From Sphaerodactylus townsendi (lineage: Eukaryota): a stretch of DNA of 64,000 bases. Position 1 is the first letter of the stretch. The number at the start of each line of letters is the position of its first letter. The translations under genes and the position numbers were made by a program. The DNA lies in the NCBI RefSeq assembly GCF_021028975.2, contig NC_059430.1:102734001-102798000 (forward strand), given 5' to 3'. The notes under the pieces were generated by a model. The model was not told where the DNA came from. It was given only the letters and a program-made list of their open reading frames with translations, and searched no databases. Shown here one piece after another: positions 35,341-48,182 of the stretch.

Positions 35341-36785
35341 CACAGGCCTCCAATGTGGTGCCCTCCAACCGTATTTAGAATGTGGGTGTGGCTAGGTGGG
35401 ACTTTTGCATGTCAGGGTTTCTAACTGGCTAGGTAGATTAAAAGGCATTCTGTTTAAGAAGAAGAAGAGTTGGATTTATATCCCCCCTTTCTCTCCTGTA
35501 AGGAGACTCAAAGGGGCTTACGAACTCCTTTCCCTTCCCCCCCTCACAACAAACACCCCGTGAGGTAGGTGGGGCTGAGAGAGCTCAGAAGAACCGTGAC
35601 TAGCCTCACTCAGCTGGTCACTCACTCACTCAGCCTCACTCAGCTAGGTCACTCAGCTGGACTGATAGGCTAATCTGAATTTAACAGACCTTTTGCCCGA
35701 AATGTTGAAGAGGTGCTATTAAGAAGAACTGGTTTTAATACCCTATTTTTCTCTACTGTAAGGAGTCTCAAATTGGCTTCCCATGCTCCTACCACAGGCA
35801 CCCTGTGAGGGTGTGGGTGACTCCACCTCAGCTTCACCCCCCAGGGACTTTGCTGGCCAAGCCTTTGCTGGCCTCAGAAGAGGTGGAAGCAGACCTCTCT
35901 TCTGCCCTGGCAAGAACCCTCCCTGGTTATTCAGGAAAAGCCCAGCAACTTCCTCCTCGGTCTCAGACTCTGGCTCCTTTTAAGGGGGTTGCCTTTCCCT
36001 TCATTGGTCCCCTGGGTTGCCTGAGCTGGGAGTGAGCTCCTCCTGCCTTGGGATTGGCTCCTACTACTGTCTGTCTTCGCTTTGTCTTCTTTCCTATCCC
36101 TTCTCTCAGCCCCAGGTACTGCTTTCCCTGAAACCCTCTCCCAAATCCTTTCATAGATGTTGGCAGTCTACTTGATAGCTTTGCTGATGTGGGTTAAATC
36201 TTGCTCTGCTAAGTTTGGGCTTTCACCCCGCCCCCAATTCCCCAGCCAGGTCTCTGCTGTGCTGGCTGAAGGAAGCCCTCTTTCTTGGCTCAGTCAGAGA
36301 AGCCCTTTCCTCTGGCTTCCCCTGACCTGTTGCCTTCCTCCACCCTCAGCAAGCCTCCATTGCCCAGCTGTGCAGCAGCCTGGCAGAATCTAATCTTATG
36401 TGCTTGGGCATGCTTTCCTGGGGTAAATGAGGCCAGGAGCTCCAGGAGCACCCCTGGGCAGAGGTAGATGGGGCTGAGAGAATTCTGACAGAACTGTAAC
36501 TGGCCCAAGGTCAATCAGTCAGCTTGGTTTGGAGGGGTGGGGAATAAAACCTAGTTCTCCAGAGTCTGTTGTTCATGTGGAGGAGCGGGGAATCAAGCTC
36601 AGTTCTCCAGATTACAATCAACTGCTCTTAACCACTACACCATGCTGGCTGGAGTTATGTGTAGCCTTGCTCCCTAACATTTTGTGACTGGCTCCACCTC
36701 CTGTGACAGCCATTTTGTGCCTGTTCCTGCTGCCATGCGCAGAACTCCAAAGGTGTCTGCAGGCTCAAAAAGGCTGGGGAGCCTG
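35341..36785. mobile_element. Nested stack: old hAT element containing two SINEs, one split by an LTR-like insert
   Basis: Outer ends resemble the hAT at 47822-48182, with TSD-like CCCCAGAG/TTCCAGAG. SINEs at 35458-35680 and 35721-35810 + 36461-36650. Confidence 0.6.
35811..36460. mobile_element. 650-bp candidate solo LTR inserted in a SINE
   Basis: Interrupts the SINE motif CACCCTGTGAGGTAGATGGGG with duplicated GAGG. Ends are (G)TGTGG...GGGCA. Confidence 0.55.
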
Positions 36786-36834
36786 TTCCAGAGGCTGCTG
36801 CTCTGAAAACCAGAGCCAGCCACTGTCCACATAC

Positions 36835-37026
36835 CTTTATGCAGAAGGCTTTCTTTACCAACCAGCGTCGGGTGCGCCTCCGGCGGTACTGTTCTGGAAG
36901 GGTGTATTCAATGTCCAGCTGCTTGCATGTATTCTCAAAAACATCATACTTTGTGTTGCGCAGGGCCTTCAGCAACAGGTTCCGCCGGTCAATGCTCATC
37001 AGCATTATGCGTTTGTTTGTTTTGTC
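36835..37026 (-). CDS. MRPS15: MRPS15 exon 7 (192 nt)
   Basis: DKTNKRIMLMSIDRRNLLLKALRNTKYDVFENTCKQLDIEYTLPEQYRRRRTRRWLVKKAFCIK (ribosomal S15 domain). Confidence 0.96.
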
Positions 37027-37441
37027 CTGGGGATGGGACAGAGGTTTATTCACTACAGTCAGGGCATGTGCAAGGCTATCTGCGGATAGTTACTCAACTG
37101 TTTTATTAAGCTGCTGCTCAAATTTATTCACATATTGCAGAGCTTCACTGAATGTAATGTGCTGAAAAACAGATGCAGTTTTTCAAGCAAAAGATTGATG
37201 TGAATATAAACTGCTGTGGCTTCTGGGTGGAAGGAAAGGGCTGTCTTCATCATAGTGGGGGATTATGAAACGCTGCATCTCAGTGTGGTTTCCCAAACAA
37301 GTGAAGTTCAACATCATCTTTATTATATTTACAAAGATCTGAAGCTGCTGTATCCCAAATCAGCATAGTCCACCACATTCAGCACTTTTCACTATGACTG
37401 GCAAGTGCTCTGCAGGGTCCCAGTCACTGGAATATCTATCC

Positions 37442-37560
37442 CAGGGGTCTGCAACCTGTGGCTCTCCAGATGTTCATAGACTACAATTGGCCATGGTAGC
37501 AGGGGCTGATGGGAACTGTAGTCTATGAACATCTGGAGAGCCACAGATTGCAGACCCCTG
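37442..37560. mobile_element. Palindromic hAT MITE (URR1-like)
   Basis: CAGGGGTCTGCAACCT...AGATTGCAGACCCCTG with TSD ATCTATCC/ATTTATCC. Second copy at ~37690-37847, third at ~23625-23731. Confidence 0.85.
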
Positions 37561-38308
37561 ATTTATCCTAACATCTGCTGCCAGGGACTAAACCTTAGGC
37601 CTTCAGCCCACAAGACTCTATTATCAGGCCACAGTTTCTCCAGGTTTAAATAGGCATTTTAATCTGAATGAAGCAGAAGAAAAGCTGTTAGGGTTCAGCA
37701 ACCTGCGGTGCCTGACAGCCTATCAGCTCATGGATTACAATTCGCTAATCAAGTTCCCTGCCAGCATAGCCAATTGGCCATGCTGGCAGGGAGTGATGGG
37801 ATTTGTAGTCCATGAACATCTGGAGAGCAGCAGGTTGCAGACCCCTGCTGTATAGCATCTGGAGAGCATCTGCAATGGTAGAGAATCTGCTTGGCAGACG
37901 GAAAGTCCCAAGTTCAATCCCCACCATTGCCAGTTAAAAGGACCAGGCAGTGAGTGAAAGACCTTTAGAGTCTGGAGAGCACCTGCCAATCTGAGTAGAC
38001 AACACAGACCAATGGTCTGATTCAGTATAAGGCCACTTCACTTGCTCCTGTTCAACAAAAGCCACACCAGGTTTAAGTTATCATCTCTTGACGGTGGAAA
38101 CTATCATCAAGTTGCGGCTGACTTATGGCAACCCCATTTAGCTTTCCAAGGCAAGAGATGGTTTGCCATTTGTCTGCATCTGCATAGCCGTTGTTCTTCC
38201 TTGATAGACCCCCATCCAAGTACTAACCAGGTTTCCAAGACCTGGCCAGTCTGGGTAATTTCTTACTTAGGTAATAACACATAAACAACTTGCTTCAAAG
38301 AAAATCAC

Positions 38309-38367
38309 CTTGGGGTGTGTCTGTACATGCTCCCGGAGTGTACGGATCTTGGCCGTCAAGTGAGCAA
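38309..38367 (-). CDS. MRPS15: MRPS15 exon 6 (59 nt)
   Basis: IAHLTAKIRTLREHVQTHPK. Confidence 0.93.
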
Positions 38368-39194
38368 CTAGAATGACAAACAACAGTCACTGTAGGAAGC
38401 AGAGTTACCCAGAACTTCTTATAATGGAACATTTTCTTACTCTCATATATATATAAGAAGTGTCCTTCATCCTCTTGGATTTTTGCCTTGAGTTAAACAT
38501 GTTCCTGGTGAGACAAATGCACTCACTTGTGAGACTCTGGACATGCCTGGTGTCTCATTTGAACTGGGCTTCGAGCCATCCAAAGGAACCCAGTTTAAAC
38601 CGGATGCTCTACCAATGCAGAGTCCCACAGAAGAGTGCTTTTGCTTCAGTCAATATTTAAATCAACGCGAGAGACTATGGGACAGCTGCTACTTCTCAGT
38701 TGCAGACAAAGAGAACAGCGATCATTTGCTCCTCCTTGAACCAGGCACATGGTGCCAAAATGTGGCAAGTGAATGGAGAAGTGCAAATGTCCGCTTCCTA
38801 ACACTGCAAGAAATCAAATAAAATCCTGGCTGTCCTGACTGGGCCAGAGGGCATGCTTAAGGAGATGCTCTTGTTCAGAGTCAGAGGGACAAAGAGGCTG
38901 TGTCTGAGACTTCAAGCTTTTTCATACTAGGGAGGGAGGAAGCAGAGAAACCACCACCAGAATCATTAATGGGTTCTATGTTGGCCCAAGGGCTGGATCT
39001 AAGTGCCAAGAGACCATCCTGAGCTACCTCCATGCAATACCGGCTGTTGCCATGCCATAGTCAGTTGCAGCTGTTTGCGCAAAAATGTTCTTCCGACAGC
39101 TCTACATCCTGCCACACAGCCCTCTTAGCACCATTGCATCATTGCGGTTTTGAAATCTGGAGCAGCAAGAAGCTTAGAGGTGCAAATGTCCCCG

Positions 39195-39505
39195 TATGAT
39201 TGGTCATGGTGGGTTTTCCGGGCTGTGTGGCCACAGTCTGGTGGATCTTGTTCCCAACGTTTCGCCTGCATCTGTGGCTGGCATCAGGAGCTAGGCCTTA
39301 GGATAGAGGTGCCCGTTCCACAGCAGGTCCCTTCTCACTGGAGGTTCAGAACAGACTTCCCAGTGATACAGCTCTGAAGATGACAGCCACAGGATGCAGG
39401 CAAACCCACAGGGAATGAAGATCCACTTCCTGACTCAATGTCACACACAGTCCTTGAAACCTGACATGACACCCAGTTGAATCCAGCCATGAAAGTCTCT
39501 GTATG
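39195..39505. mobile_element. Degraded palindromic Penelope-like family A element with ~85-nt spacer
   Basis: AACGTTTCGCCTGCATCTGTGGCTGGCATC arm and CTCTGAAGATGACAGCCACAGGATGCAGGC arm. Confidence 0.65.
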
Positions 39506-41003
39506 ATGATGACAGGTTACAAATGGGAGGTGCCCTCCAATATTTTATTCCTTTCTGCAATGTTCAGGACTGGGTATCAACAAAAAAACTATTTCATTTG
39601 GGGCCATCCAATGAAACAGATAAAAACATAAAGCTAAGCTCCTCTGCTCAATAACACTCAACCCAAAAGATCTTGGAACACCTTGAAAAGATGTCAGTCT
39701 TAGAATTCAGCAAAACTTCTAGCACTGGTAGAATCCTAGAGATGGAATCAAGTCCAGGAAATAGTTGAGCTTGCCCAGCATATGACTGCCCAGGCCCTGC
39801 CGGAAGACCTGACAGAATGGAGCTCTGCAACTGGTTCAGCCATCACAACAACAGCAGCTATCCAAATGGGAAGCAGTAACTGGCAAACCCAACCTTGTTA
39901 GTCTTCAAAGTTGTGGCAGGATGGAGTCCCCGAGGCCAGAAGCATTGCAGAGGAAGACAAACTAAGCTCCAGCTGATGCCAACCTTACGATTAGCCCTCG
40001 TGGCAAGAACACTTTTTGTTTGTTTGGCAAGCTAAAAAAATGTGTTGGAATCCTGATGGTGGGGTGGGGGACAGCCATGGGGCTCCACTAAGGAAGTAAT
40101 CCCCTTCGGAATCCTCCCAAGTAATTGGTAGAAGCCTCAAATCTGGCTTCTTTGTTTTAACACAGTGTGTCTGTCACAGGTAAGTTAAGGAAGACACTTG
40201 TCGAGGGCTGCTACTGAAATAAAAACGTCAAAACCTTCTTTGAACGGAAGTTTGATTGAATACTAGGACAGGTCCTCTGCAAACTTATACCCAAAGCAAC
40301 TGCTTCATGGCAAGGCTAGTCTGATTTGTTTTGTTCTCACGTAAACAGAAGGAAGCAGAGTTAGGTGGTGGTGGAAAGTGCTGTCAAGTCACAGCTGACT
40401 TACGGTGAACCCAAAGGGATGGTTTGCCATTGCCTGCCTCTGCGTAGCAGCCCTGGACTTCCTTGGTGGTCTCCAATGCAAGTCCTAATAAGGGCCGACC
40501 CTGCTTAGGTTCTGAAATTTTACAGTATCGGGCTAGCCTGGGTACTCTGGAAGAAAATATATGCCTCAATTATGCATTTTTTTTTAAAAGGAGTAGCTAC
40601 TAGCATCCATCCACAAGGAGGAACATAGTCACAATATCTGGGGGAATGAGAAAATTCTTTTCTAGTCCAAGTATCAAACACCCAGTAACACCAAAGGAGA
40701 CATTTCTCTGTGTACTTCCCTGTGCATGAGTTTGAGTATTGCTCCTCTTTGGCAAGACTCTCCTTCTGCAGTTTTTTTGTCATTTTACCTGCTCCCTTGG
40801 TTTGAGCAACACAGAAATTTGTGAACATTGAGTATTTCAAAGTTGACACCCCATCGTCTAAACTGGGCTCAACGCTGTTCTGTAGGCCAGATGCCCTCCA
40901 GCTCAAAGGAGGCCTTTCTGATTTCCCCTTGGTCAATGTTGCAAGGCTCATATGGGATACTGTGACCCAGCTGGTAGCTTCCATTGTGGATATTTCTGCT
41001 TAC

Positions 41004-41088
41004 TTTGAACTTCAATAGAACCATTATCAGTGGGTGACCTCCGCACTTTTTCAGCCAGCTGCTCTTTCTTTATTTTCACTTTCTCCCT
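41004..41088 (-). CDS. MRPS15: MRPS15 exon 5 (85 nt)
   Basis: REKVKIKKEQLAEKVRRSPTDNGSIEVQ. Confidence 0.93.
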
Positions 41089-41559
41089 CTGAAAGCAAAA
41101 GGAGAAGATACAAAGCATATCTGAAATTACTGACTATGAATTTCCTGATACACTTTTGGACTGTGAAGGGCCTGGCAAGAAACTGATCTAGCTTTTGTTG
41201 GAAATACTAAATCCAATGCCAAGGGTCACCTCCCCAGCCTACAACATAGGTTGGAATTGTGTTTTAAGAACTCAACTAACTGTATTAGTTGCATTATGCA
41301 ACTAATACAATTATTGCTTTTATGATTCTGTATGAGTATTTTAGCTTGGTTTTAATTAAATGTTTTATTTGATGTTCATGGTTCTTAAGACACATTTTAT
41401 TATGCATGTATGTTTTAATGGTAGCCCCCTCGGTGGTTCTGATGACAGCAGAAAGGTAGGATATAAATTATGTACTGGTAAGTAAGTAAGTGAATAAATT
41501 AATAAAGCTTAGCTAGTCCTGTTCCAAAAACCACACCACACACATAATACAAAACTGAC

Positions 41560-41608
41560 CTGGCTTGCCATTTCCAGTGACAGGATTCTTTTCACAACAT
41601 CATCTACC
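41560..41608 (-). CDS. MRPS15: MRPS15 exon 4 (49 nt)
   Basis: VDDVVKRILSLEMASQ. Confidence 0.95.
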
Positions 41609-41701
41609 CTATGGGAAAAAAACAGAGTCCCTTAGTTTCTGCCTCCTGAGCAACTTAGCATTTTGAGAAGCCTCACGGAATTTTAAAGTCCAGAAAATCA
41701 T

Positions 41702-42608
41702 GAATCCATGCCCTACAAGGAGAGACTTTGGGAGCTGGGTATGTTTAGTTTGGTGAAGAGAAGGTTAAGAGGTGACATGATAGCCATGTTTAGATATTTG
41801 AGGGGATGTCATGTTGGTGAGGGAACAATCTTGTTTTCTGCTGCTCCAGAGACTAGGACCAGGAGTAATGGGTTCAAGGTGAAGGAAAAAAGATTCCACC
41901 TAAACATCATGAAAAACTTCCTAACAGTAAGGGCTGTTTGACAGTGGAATGCACTAACTCTTAGTCTCTGGAAGTTTTTAAAGATGGATGGATGGCCATC
42001 TGTCTAGAGCAGTGATGGCGAACCTATGGCACGGGTGCCAGAGGTGGCACTCAGAGCCCTCTCTGTGGGCACACGCAAACAGAGTCCCACACACACACAC
42101 ATCCCTAGGCTGGCCTGGGCTTGATTATTAGCATTAAACTTAAGACCTAGTTTTGGGGAAGCAGTGTAGGTAACTCTGTTAAGCACTGTTAAACCCCACT
42201 GATTTTCATACAAAGAACTAAAGCGCGATCCTTTACCTGGAAGTAAGCTCAGTTGCTGGCAATGGGGCTTGCTTCTGAGTAAACCCTCCTAGGGTCGTGA
42301 TTCACTCATGTGAAATGTTGCACTGTTGCTTCAAAGCAAAGCCACCGACTACCATCAAGCTTACTCACTCGGGAGTAACGAACGCCTTGGAGCCACCCGT
42401 TTGTTCTAAACTGAAACCTCTGTATTCAAGTTAAATTGCCGTGTTGGCACTTTGCGATAAATAAGTGGGTTTTGGGTTGCAATTTGGGTACTCGGTCTCG
42501 AAAAGGTTCGCCATCACTGGTCTAGGGTGCTTTAATTGTGTATTCCTGCATGGCAGGGGGTTGGACACAATGGCCCTTGTGGTCTCTTCCAACTCTATCA
42601 TTCTATGT
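41702..42608 (+). mobile_element. CR1 3' fragment split by a hAT MITE
   Basis: PYKERLWELGMFSLVKRRLRGDMIAMFRYL ORF2 C-terminus. The tail resumes after 42527 and ends in ATTCTATG-like repeats. Confidence 0.85.
42010..42519. mobile_element. hAT MITE (510 bp)
   Basis: Perfect 16-bp TIR CAGTGATGGCGAACCT with TSD GTCTAGAG/GTCTAGGG. Confidence 0.92.
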
Positions 42609-42902
42609 CCTTGAAAGTTTAGAGTGAAAAGTAAACTCAGTCTTGAGAGCATTTGTTTGTTCTGGAATGTTAGCGTAAGCAAATGAGAAATGTGTAAAAG
42701 GAGGGACAAGTTTGATAGGATCAGGACAGCACAATGATCATGATCTCATTCAGTAAAATGAGGCCTCTTGTCCATCTTTTATTAAACAATATTTTGGGTG
42801 GTAGCAGAGTTAATGATAACACAATGCTGCATAAGCACCATCTAGCTTTATCATTTCCTTTGCCACCTTTCTTTGCCACAACTCTGGCTTTGCAAACCTT
42901 AC

Positions 42903-42978
42903 TTGTCGATAATTGGGACGTTGGTATATTTTTTCATCAACAACGTAGGAGGAAGGTCATCCAAATGGCTGGGGATTT
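42903..42978 (-). CDS. MRPS15: MRPS15 exon 3 (76 nt)
   Basis: EIPSHLDDLPPTLLMKKYTNVPIIDK. Confidence 0.93.
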
Positions 42979-43477
42979 CTGCAAAGAACAGATATACATA
43001 TATAAATGTGAGTGCCACCTTCGACCAAAATCACTTTAGTTTAGCTTTCTGTTTCCACCAGGAACCAGCTAGATATTTCTGGATCTAAAAAGTTAGTGCC
43101 TGCATAAACTCCAGAGAGAAATTTCTTCAACCCTTGGCAGAAATAGAATAGGGAAGTGCCTTACACAGCAGAGAAAGATTCCAGCTGAGAAAGTTTCAGT
43201 GACTCGGAAGTCATAAGGAAGTTAGCTCAACATTTTTATTGAGCCAATAGGACATCAGAATAATTGGTGGATCTGTGTCAGTTTGGGCAGAAACATGCCA
43301 AAACGCAGAACATTCCGCTTCTCTACCAAGGCTCAAAAATACAGACCATAGATCTCCAGGACTTGGACCCCAAACAGGTGATATGGAAAATTCCATTAAT
43401 TCTGTGACATTAATAGTACAGGAGAGCAAGCATTTGGAGTGATAGAACGGAACCACAGAATAATTCAAAATACAAAC

Positions 43478-43540
43478 CTGTCTTCCTTTTCCGAACAGCC
43501 CTGGCATAACTCCTTGCTGTTTGAAGAAGGGGACTCCTAC
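43478..43540 (-). CDS. MRPS15: MRPS15 exon 2 (63 nt)
   Basis: SRSPLLQTARSYARAVRKRKT (compare human LLLQAARGY). GT-AG, phase 1/1. Confidence 0.88.
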
Positions 43541-45397
43541 CTAAGCAGAGAAAGATTCACAGGGAGGGGAAGAGCTGTTATAAATTGTGACATTCCACAC
43601 ATCTCCAGAATCTTTTCAGTGCAACACATAGAGGAACATTTTCCTTTTGGGTAGTTATTAAACAATAAAGCAGCACTTCCATGTATCTTCCCTGTTTTGA
43701 GTTTTGGGCCGCATTAACAGTCCTGCCTTTCTGAGAACATCATCATATTAAGGGGCTTATTTTTGATATTCAAAACAGTTTCATATACTATGAAATGCAG
43801 CTCCATTTACTTGTCAGAATGATTTGATATCTGTGTATAACATCACTGCTGAAAGAACCCCACTGGTTACTGATCAAAGTCCAAGTTCAGTTCAAAGGGC
43901 GGGTTAAAGACCTTCATAGCTTGCATGTTTGGGGAATGTCTTCTCCAGCTCTGAGCCTATCAGCTCTCACTCCATGCTGGCCATGCCCTCTCTTCTCTTT
44001 GCCAGGTATACACAGCCTCCATCAGCAGCTGAGCCTCTCCAGCAGACACCTGTTATCTCACAGAACCTAATTCCCATATACCATTACTTTTAAAAGTATG
44101 ACACTCCCACTTGTGATGCCTACTTGTGATGCCCTAAAAAACTGTATGAATTACTTGGCCAGAATTTTTAACGCACAGAATGGCACTATTTTTATGACAT
44201 GCCGGTAAGAATGCTTGTATACGCAAAAGGTCTCTCTTCTGCATGCCATATTCCCCTCACATCCTCTTCTCCATGTCTCTTATTCTTCTCTTCTCATATA
44301 GGCTTTGGTCTAGTAATATTTCTATTTAGACTTGTAAAACTTGGCTCACCAGGGGACATGGCTCATGTCCTGAGAAGAGTTTGGTAGCAGGAAGGAACTA
44401 GAATGTATCAGTTTGGAAGCTGGTCTTGTGTGTGTGAGAGAGAGAGATCTAGGGTAGACACCAAACAGTTTAAAAGATTTCCAAGTAATGGGAAGTAAGA
44501 GCTGGACTGCATGATCACTTAATGGCTGTTTGATGGACTTTTAATCACACTGCCCTGCCAACAGTACAAAAACCCAGTACTTCAGATCACAGCACATTAA
44601 TCATACAAACTGAGATGAGGACAGAATCTCAGTTTAATGCTTGCTTTGTGAGCATGTCTTTGATGGGTGAGTAGGATCAGAGAGACCCACGTCTGAATCC
44701 GCACTCTGCCATGGTAGCATGCTGGGTGACACTTTGCCAGTCACACATTCTCAATCTAGGCTACACCATTAAGTTGATGTGAGGATAAAATGGAGAGAAG
44801 AATGATGTAAGCCTCTTTGGGCTCTTGCTGAAGAGAAAGGCAGGGTATAAATGAAGTAAATATGTGTGTGCTGAGCTAGACAGCATCAGATGGTTGCTGT
44901 GAATTTTAATAGGCCTTGATGCAAGAGGCAGCTGTTGGGATGCTCCATCACCTTATGTCTGATGCTGATAACTACATCAAGGAATACTTACTAAAGTGAT
45001 TATTTCAGTCCCAGGCTACCATGGTTTCTCTTTTTACAGTACTAACCCTGTTGTTACTGCAACATCACCTGCTGCTCATATAAAGGCTACTATTTTTGCT
45101 TTGTTGGAGCATAATCATGCATTCAAGCAATGCGGATTCGAATCAAGCCATAGGATTGCCAACTCTGGGCTGGGAGATTCTCAAAGATTTAGGAGCCTAG
45201 AGAAGGCGGCGTTTGGGGACAGCCGACAGCGAATATGTGGTTCCCTAAGGTCTAACCCTCCAAAGCTGCTGCTTCCTCCAGTGGAAATGATCCCCAGACT
45301 CTGTAGATCACTCATAATTCCGGGAGGACACCAGGCTCCACTTGGATGTTAGGAACCCCAGCCCTGGGTCCGAACTGCACAGGGCCGAGCGCCTTAC

Positions 45398-45473
45398 TGG
45401 GGATCATTGCCGCTGTCCTCGCCGTCGTCGCGCTCCACCGGCGCAGCACCGCCGTCGCCAGTCCTCGCAGCAT
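45398..45473 (-). CDS. MRPS15: MRPS15 exon 1 coding part (76 nt, mitochondrial presequence); spliced CDS is 717 nt = 238 aa
   Basis: MLRGLATAVLRRWSATTARTAAMIP is Arg-rich with no acidic residues. Donor CA|GTAAGG gives the required phase 1. Confidence 0.85.
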
Positions 45474-45760
45474 CGCCCCACGATACTTTCAGCCGCCACC
45501 GCGACTTCCGTGCTCAGTGAGAGGGCGCCGCCATCTTGCGAAGTCAGAAGACCGGGAGTACCGAGAACATCGATCGGAGGCAGAATAAGCCGCTCGCCCA
45601 CTCCCATGATTGACAGCCGACTCTTCCCAAAATCTTGGCTCTCTGGCTCCGAAACCCCGAGGGGGCGCTTCCAGAAGCGACTATATTTGCATAGAGAGTC
45701 CCGCCCCCTGGCGAAAGGTGCCTGTTGAAGGCGCCTCGGAGCCCGGGGAAGTGAATGCCT
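45474..45760 (-). promoter_or_regulatory. MRPS15 CpG promoter
   Basis: ETS/GABP ACTTCCG at ~45504 and YY1 CCGCCATCTT at 45528-45537. Confidence 0.7.
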
Positions 45761-46789
45761 ATTGCTTTGCGTGGGTTCCCTTGAAACGTTGCAAATTATT
45801 TAATGTTTAGAGCCCTAGTTATATTGTATTTAGATTTATGAGGGTGCTCTTTATTTGTTAAGTTATGATGTTTATGTTGTACACCTCCCAGAGGGCGGTA
45901 TAAAAGTTTAATTAAATACTACTACTACTACTACTAATAAAAATAATAATGATGTGAATGAAGCGGGGTGGGTGGGGGAAATAGTTAGGATTGCACGCTC
46001 CAGGTGGTGTCTGAAATTCTCCTGGAATTGCAATTGATTTACAAACGATAGAGCTGAGTTCTTCTGGAGGAAATGGCTGCTTTAAAGGGCAAACACTCTA
46101 GTAGCTATAGAGTCTAGGTGGAATTGCTTCCCAAATGCTTTCCTCCGCAGATGCTGTCCCAAATATCCAGGAATTTTCCAGTCCATTGTTGGCAACCAAA
46201 GGTCAAACTGGATCCCTGGGAGAGGAATCTGCACAAGAACAGAGCAGGGTACACCTTTCCTTCTATCTATTCTGTATCCTCTGTCTCTGCTTGCTGCACT
46301 GTGTTCTCTTTGCAATTAACACATAACAGTGGAACCATTCCATAAGGTGGCTCTATGCTTGCAGGGATACAATCCATTCCGCCAGCACTGCATTCTGCCA
46401 CCTCATTCGCCTTTGCCCTGTCTGCTCCATCCCAGAATTAGCTGCTCTGAGTGGTTGAAGCATCTCTCCTGCTAAAAAAGTTCTTTCCTGGAATCTGCTT
46501 GTTGTCAGGGATTGAACCTGTGATCTTCTGAGTGTAAAACTGTGACTGCTGCACCACAGTTGTGGTTGGATCTACAGATCTGAAAATTACAGCGGCACCT
46601 CCTGTTGGGCTGGAGGACAGTCCCTGCTGTGAGTCTTTGGACTTCATATGGCAAATCTGCGGGGAGTTCAGGATGCTTCCTTTCACACAAATTTCAGCCC
46701 GAAGGGCCTTCTCAACAGTAGCCTCTACACTGTGGAATGCCCTCCCAGCAGAGGCACCTACTCACTTGGAGTTTTGGCACTCAGTAAAG

Positions 46790-47028
46790 CAGGGGTGGGC
46801 AATTATTTTTTCCATGGGGCCGCATAAGAAACAGAAAATATTGTGGAGGGCTAGGCCAAAAGGCAGGGGGGCGAGGCGCTTTTGAAAGCCCCGCAGAAGC
46901 CAGCAGCCAAGGCAACTGGCTTCTGCGGGGCTTTCAAAGATGCCTCACTCCCCAGCAAGGCAGGGGGGCCAGTCAGGGTCATCTGGCAGGCCGGATGTGG
47001 CCCGCGGGCTGTATAATGCCCAGGTCTG
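46790..47028. mobile_element. hAT MITE with internal perfect hairpin, inserted into an L2-like 3' end
   Basis: Perfect TSD CAGTAAAG. Internal 23-bp stem TTTGAAAGCCCCGCAGAAGCCAG / CTGGCTTCTGCGGGGCTTTCAAA. Confidence 0.85.
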
Positions 47029-47821
47029 CAGTAAAGATTGGCCTATTTTCCTGGGCATTTAGCTGATTACCCCACTACTGGGAGGGGGCTGGAGTCGAGT
47101 TGTCCTTATACTCCTCCCACTTCGGGGGATGGTTGGGGTGGGACTTTTAGAGTATAGAATGTTTTATGGTTCTATGATTGGTTTTATAGTGGCTTTGCTG
47201 TCATTTTGTATGGGATTTTATTATAGCTTTTATTTTAACTTCTCCCGAGACTGTCAAAAAGGGTGAGGAGTAAATCTAAACAATAATAAAAAACAATAAA
47301 AGTTCCCTCACATATATCTCAGATTTTTGAAGTGGAAACGGAAGAAATCTGCAGAAATTGGTTTGAAACCTATTCTCCAGCTCTGGCTTGTTTGCCTAAA
47401 GTTGGATTTATATCCCCCAATACGTTTTTAAAAATAGGTTTCACATTTATGTGTTTAAGTAAGATGAGGTCACAGTCTTGACTGTTAATTAATACAGCAT
47501 GGAATTGCCTTAAGTTATTGCATGTCATCCATACAAAAGCTGCATTCTCTGTGAGTGTGTGAAATATCCTGGAGTAGGTCACACTTCTTGGACTGTGCTC
47601 TTTCATTCAGACCCCATCTTTTGGACTGACCCCAAAGGAAATAACTAAGAATTGGTCAGAGGAGCCTGCAACCCGTTGCCTTGGTGCCAACATTGAATGA
47701 AGCCAGCATTTTGCACAGGAAGTTATCTGGGGTATGTGTGATAGCATCGGACTTTTCACCCAATGAAGAAGTGTGTTGCTGGCATGGTAGGGGCCACTTC
47801 CTGTATGCAGAACAAGTAGGG

Positions 47822-48182
47822 CAGGGGCCCCCAATGTGGTGCCCATTGGCACCATGGTCCCCATTGCTAGTGTCTACCAAATGTTTTCAAAATTATTGTA
47901 GTGAGGTAGGGCTCTTGCCCAGCATCTTTGGCCATGGAAGATCTAATTGGCTGTGAGGGTTAAAATAAAGCTGTTTTGATGGCAGCTGCCGCTACAGCGT
48001 GGTTGTGTTCTTTTTTCTGTTCCCCAGTGTATTGTTTAAATTACCGCTCTTCTTCCCTGCACTTGAACTTTCTCTGGGGATGTGTGGCTCCGCCTCCCAC
48101 AGCAGCCATTTTGTGATTGTTCCCCGTACCCTTTGGTAGAATTCCAAAGGTTCCCAAAGCTTTAAAAGGCTGAGGACCTCTG
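47822..48182. mobile_element. hAT non-autonomous element
   Basis: CAGGGGCCCCCAA...TGAGGACCTCTG with perfect TSD AAGTAGGG. Confidence 0.8.
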
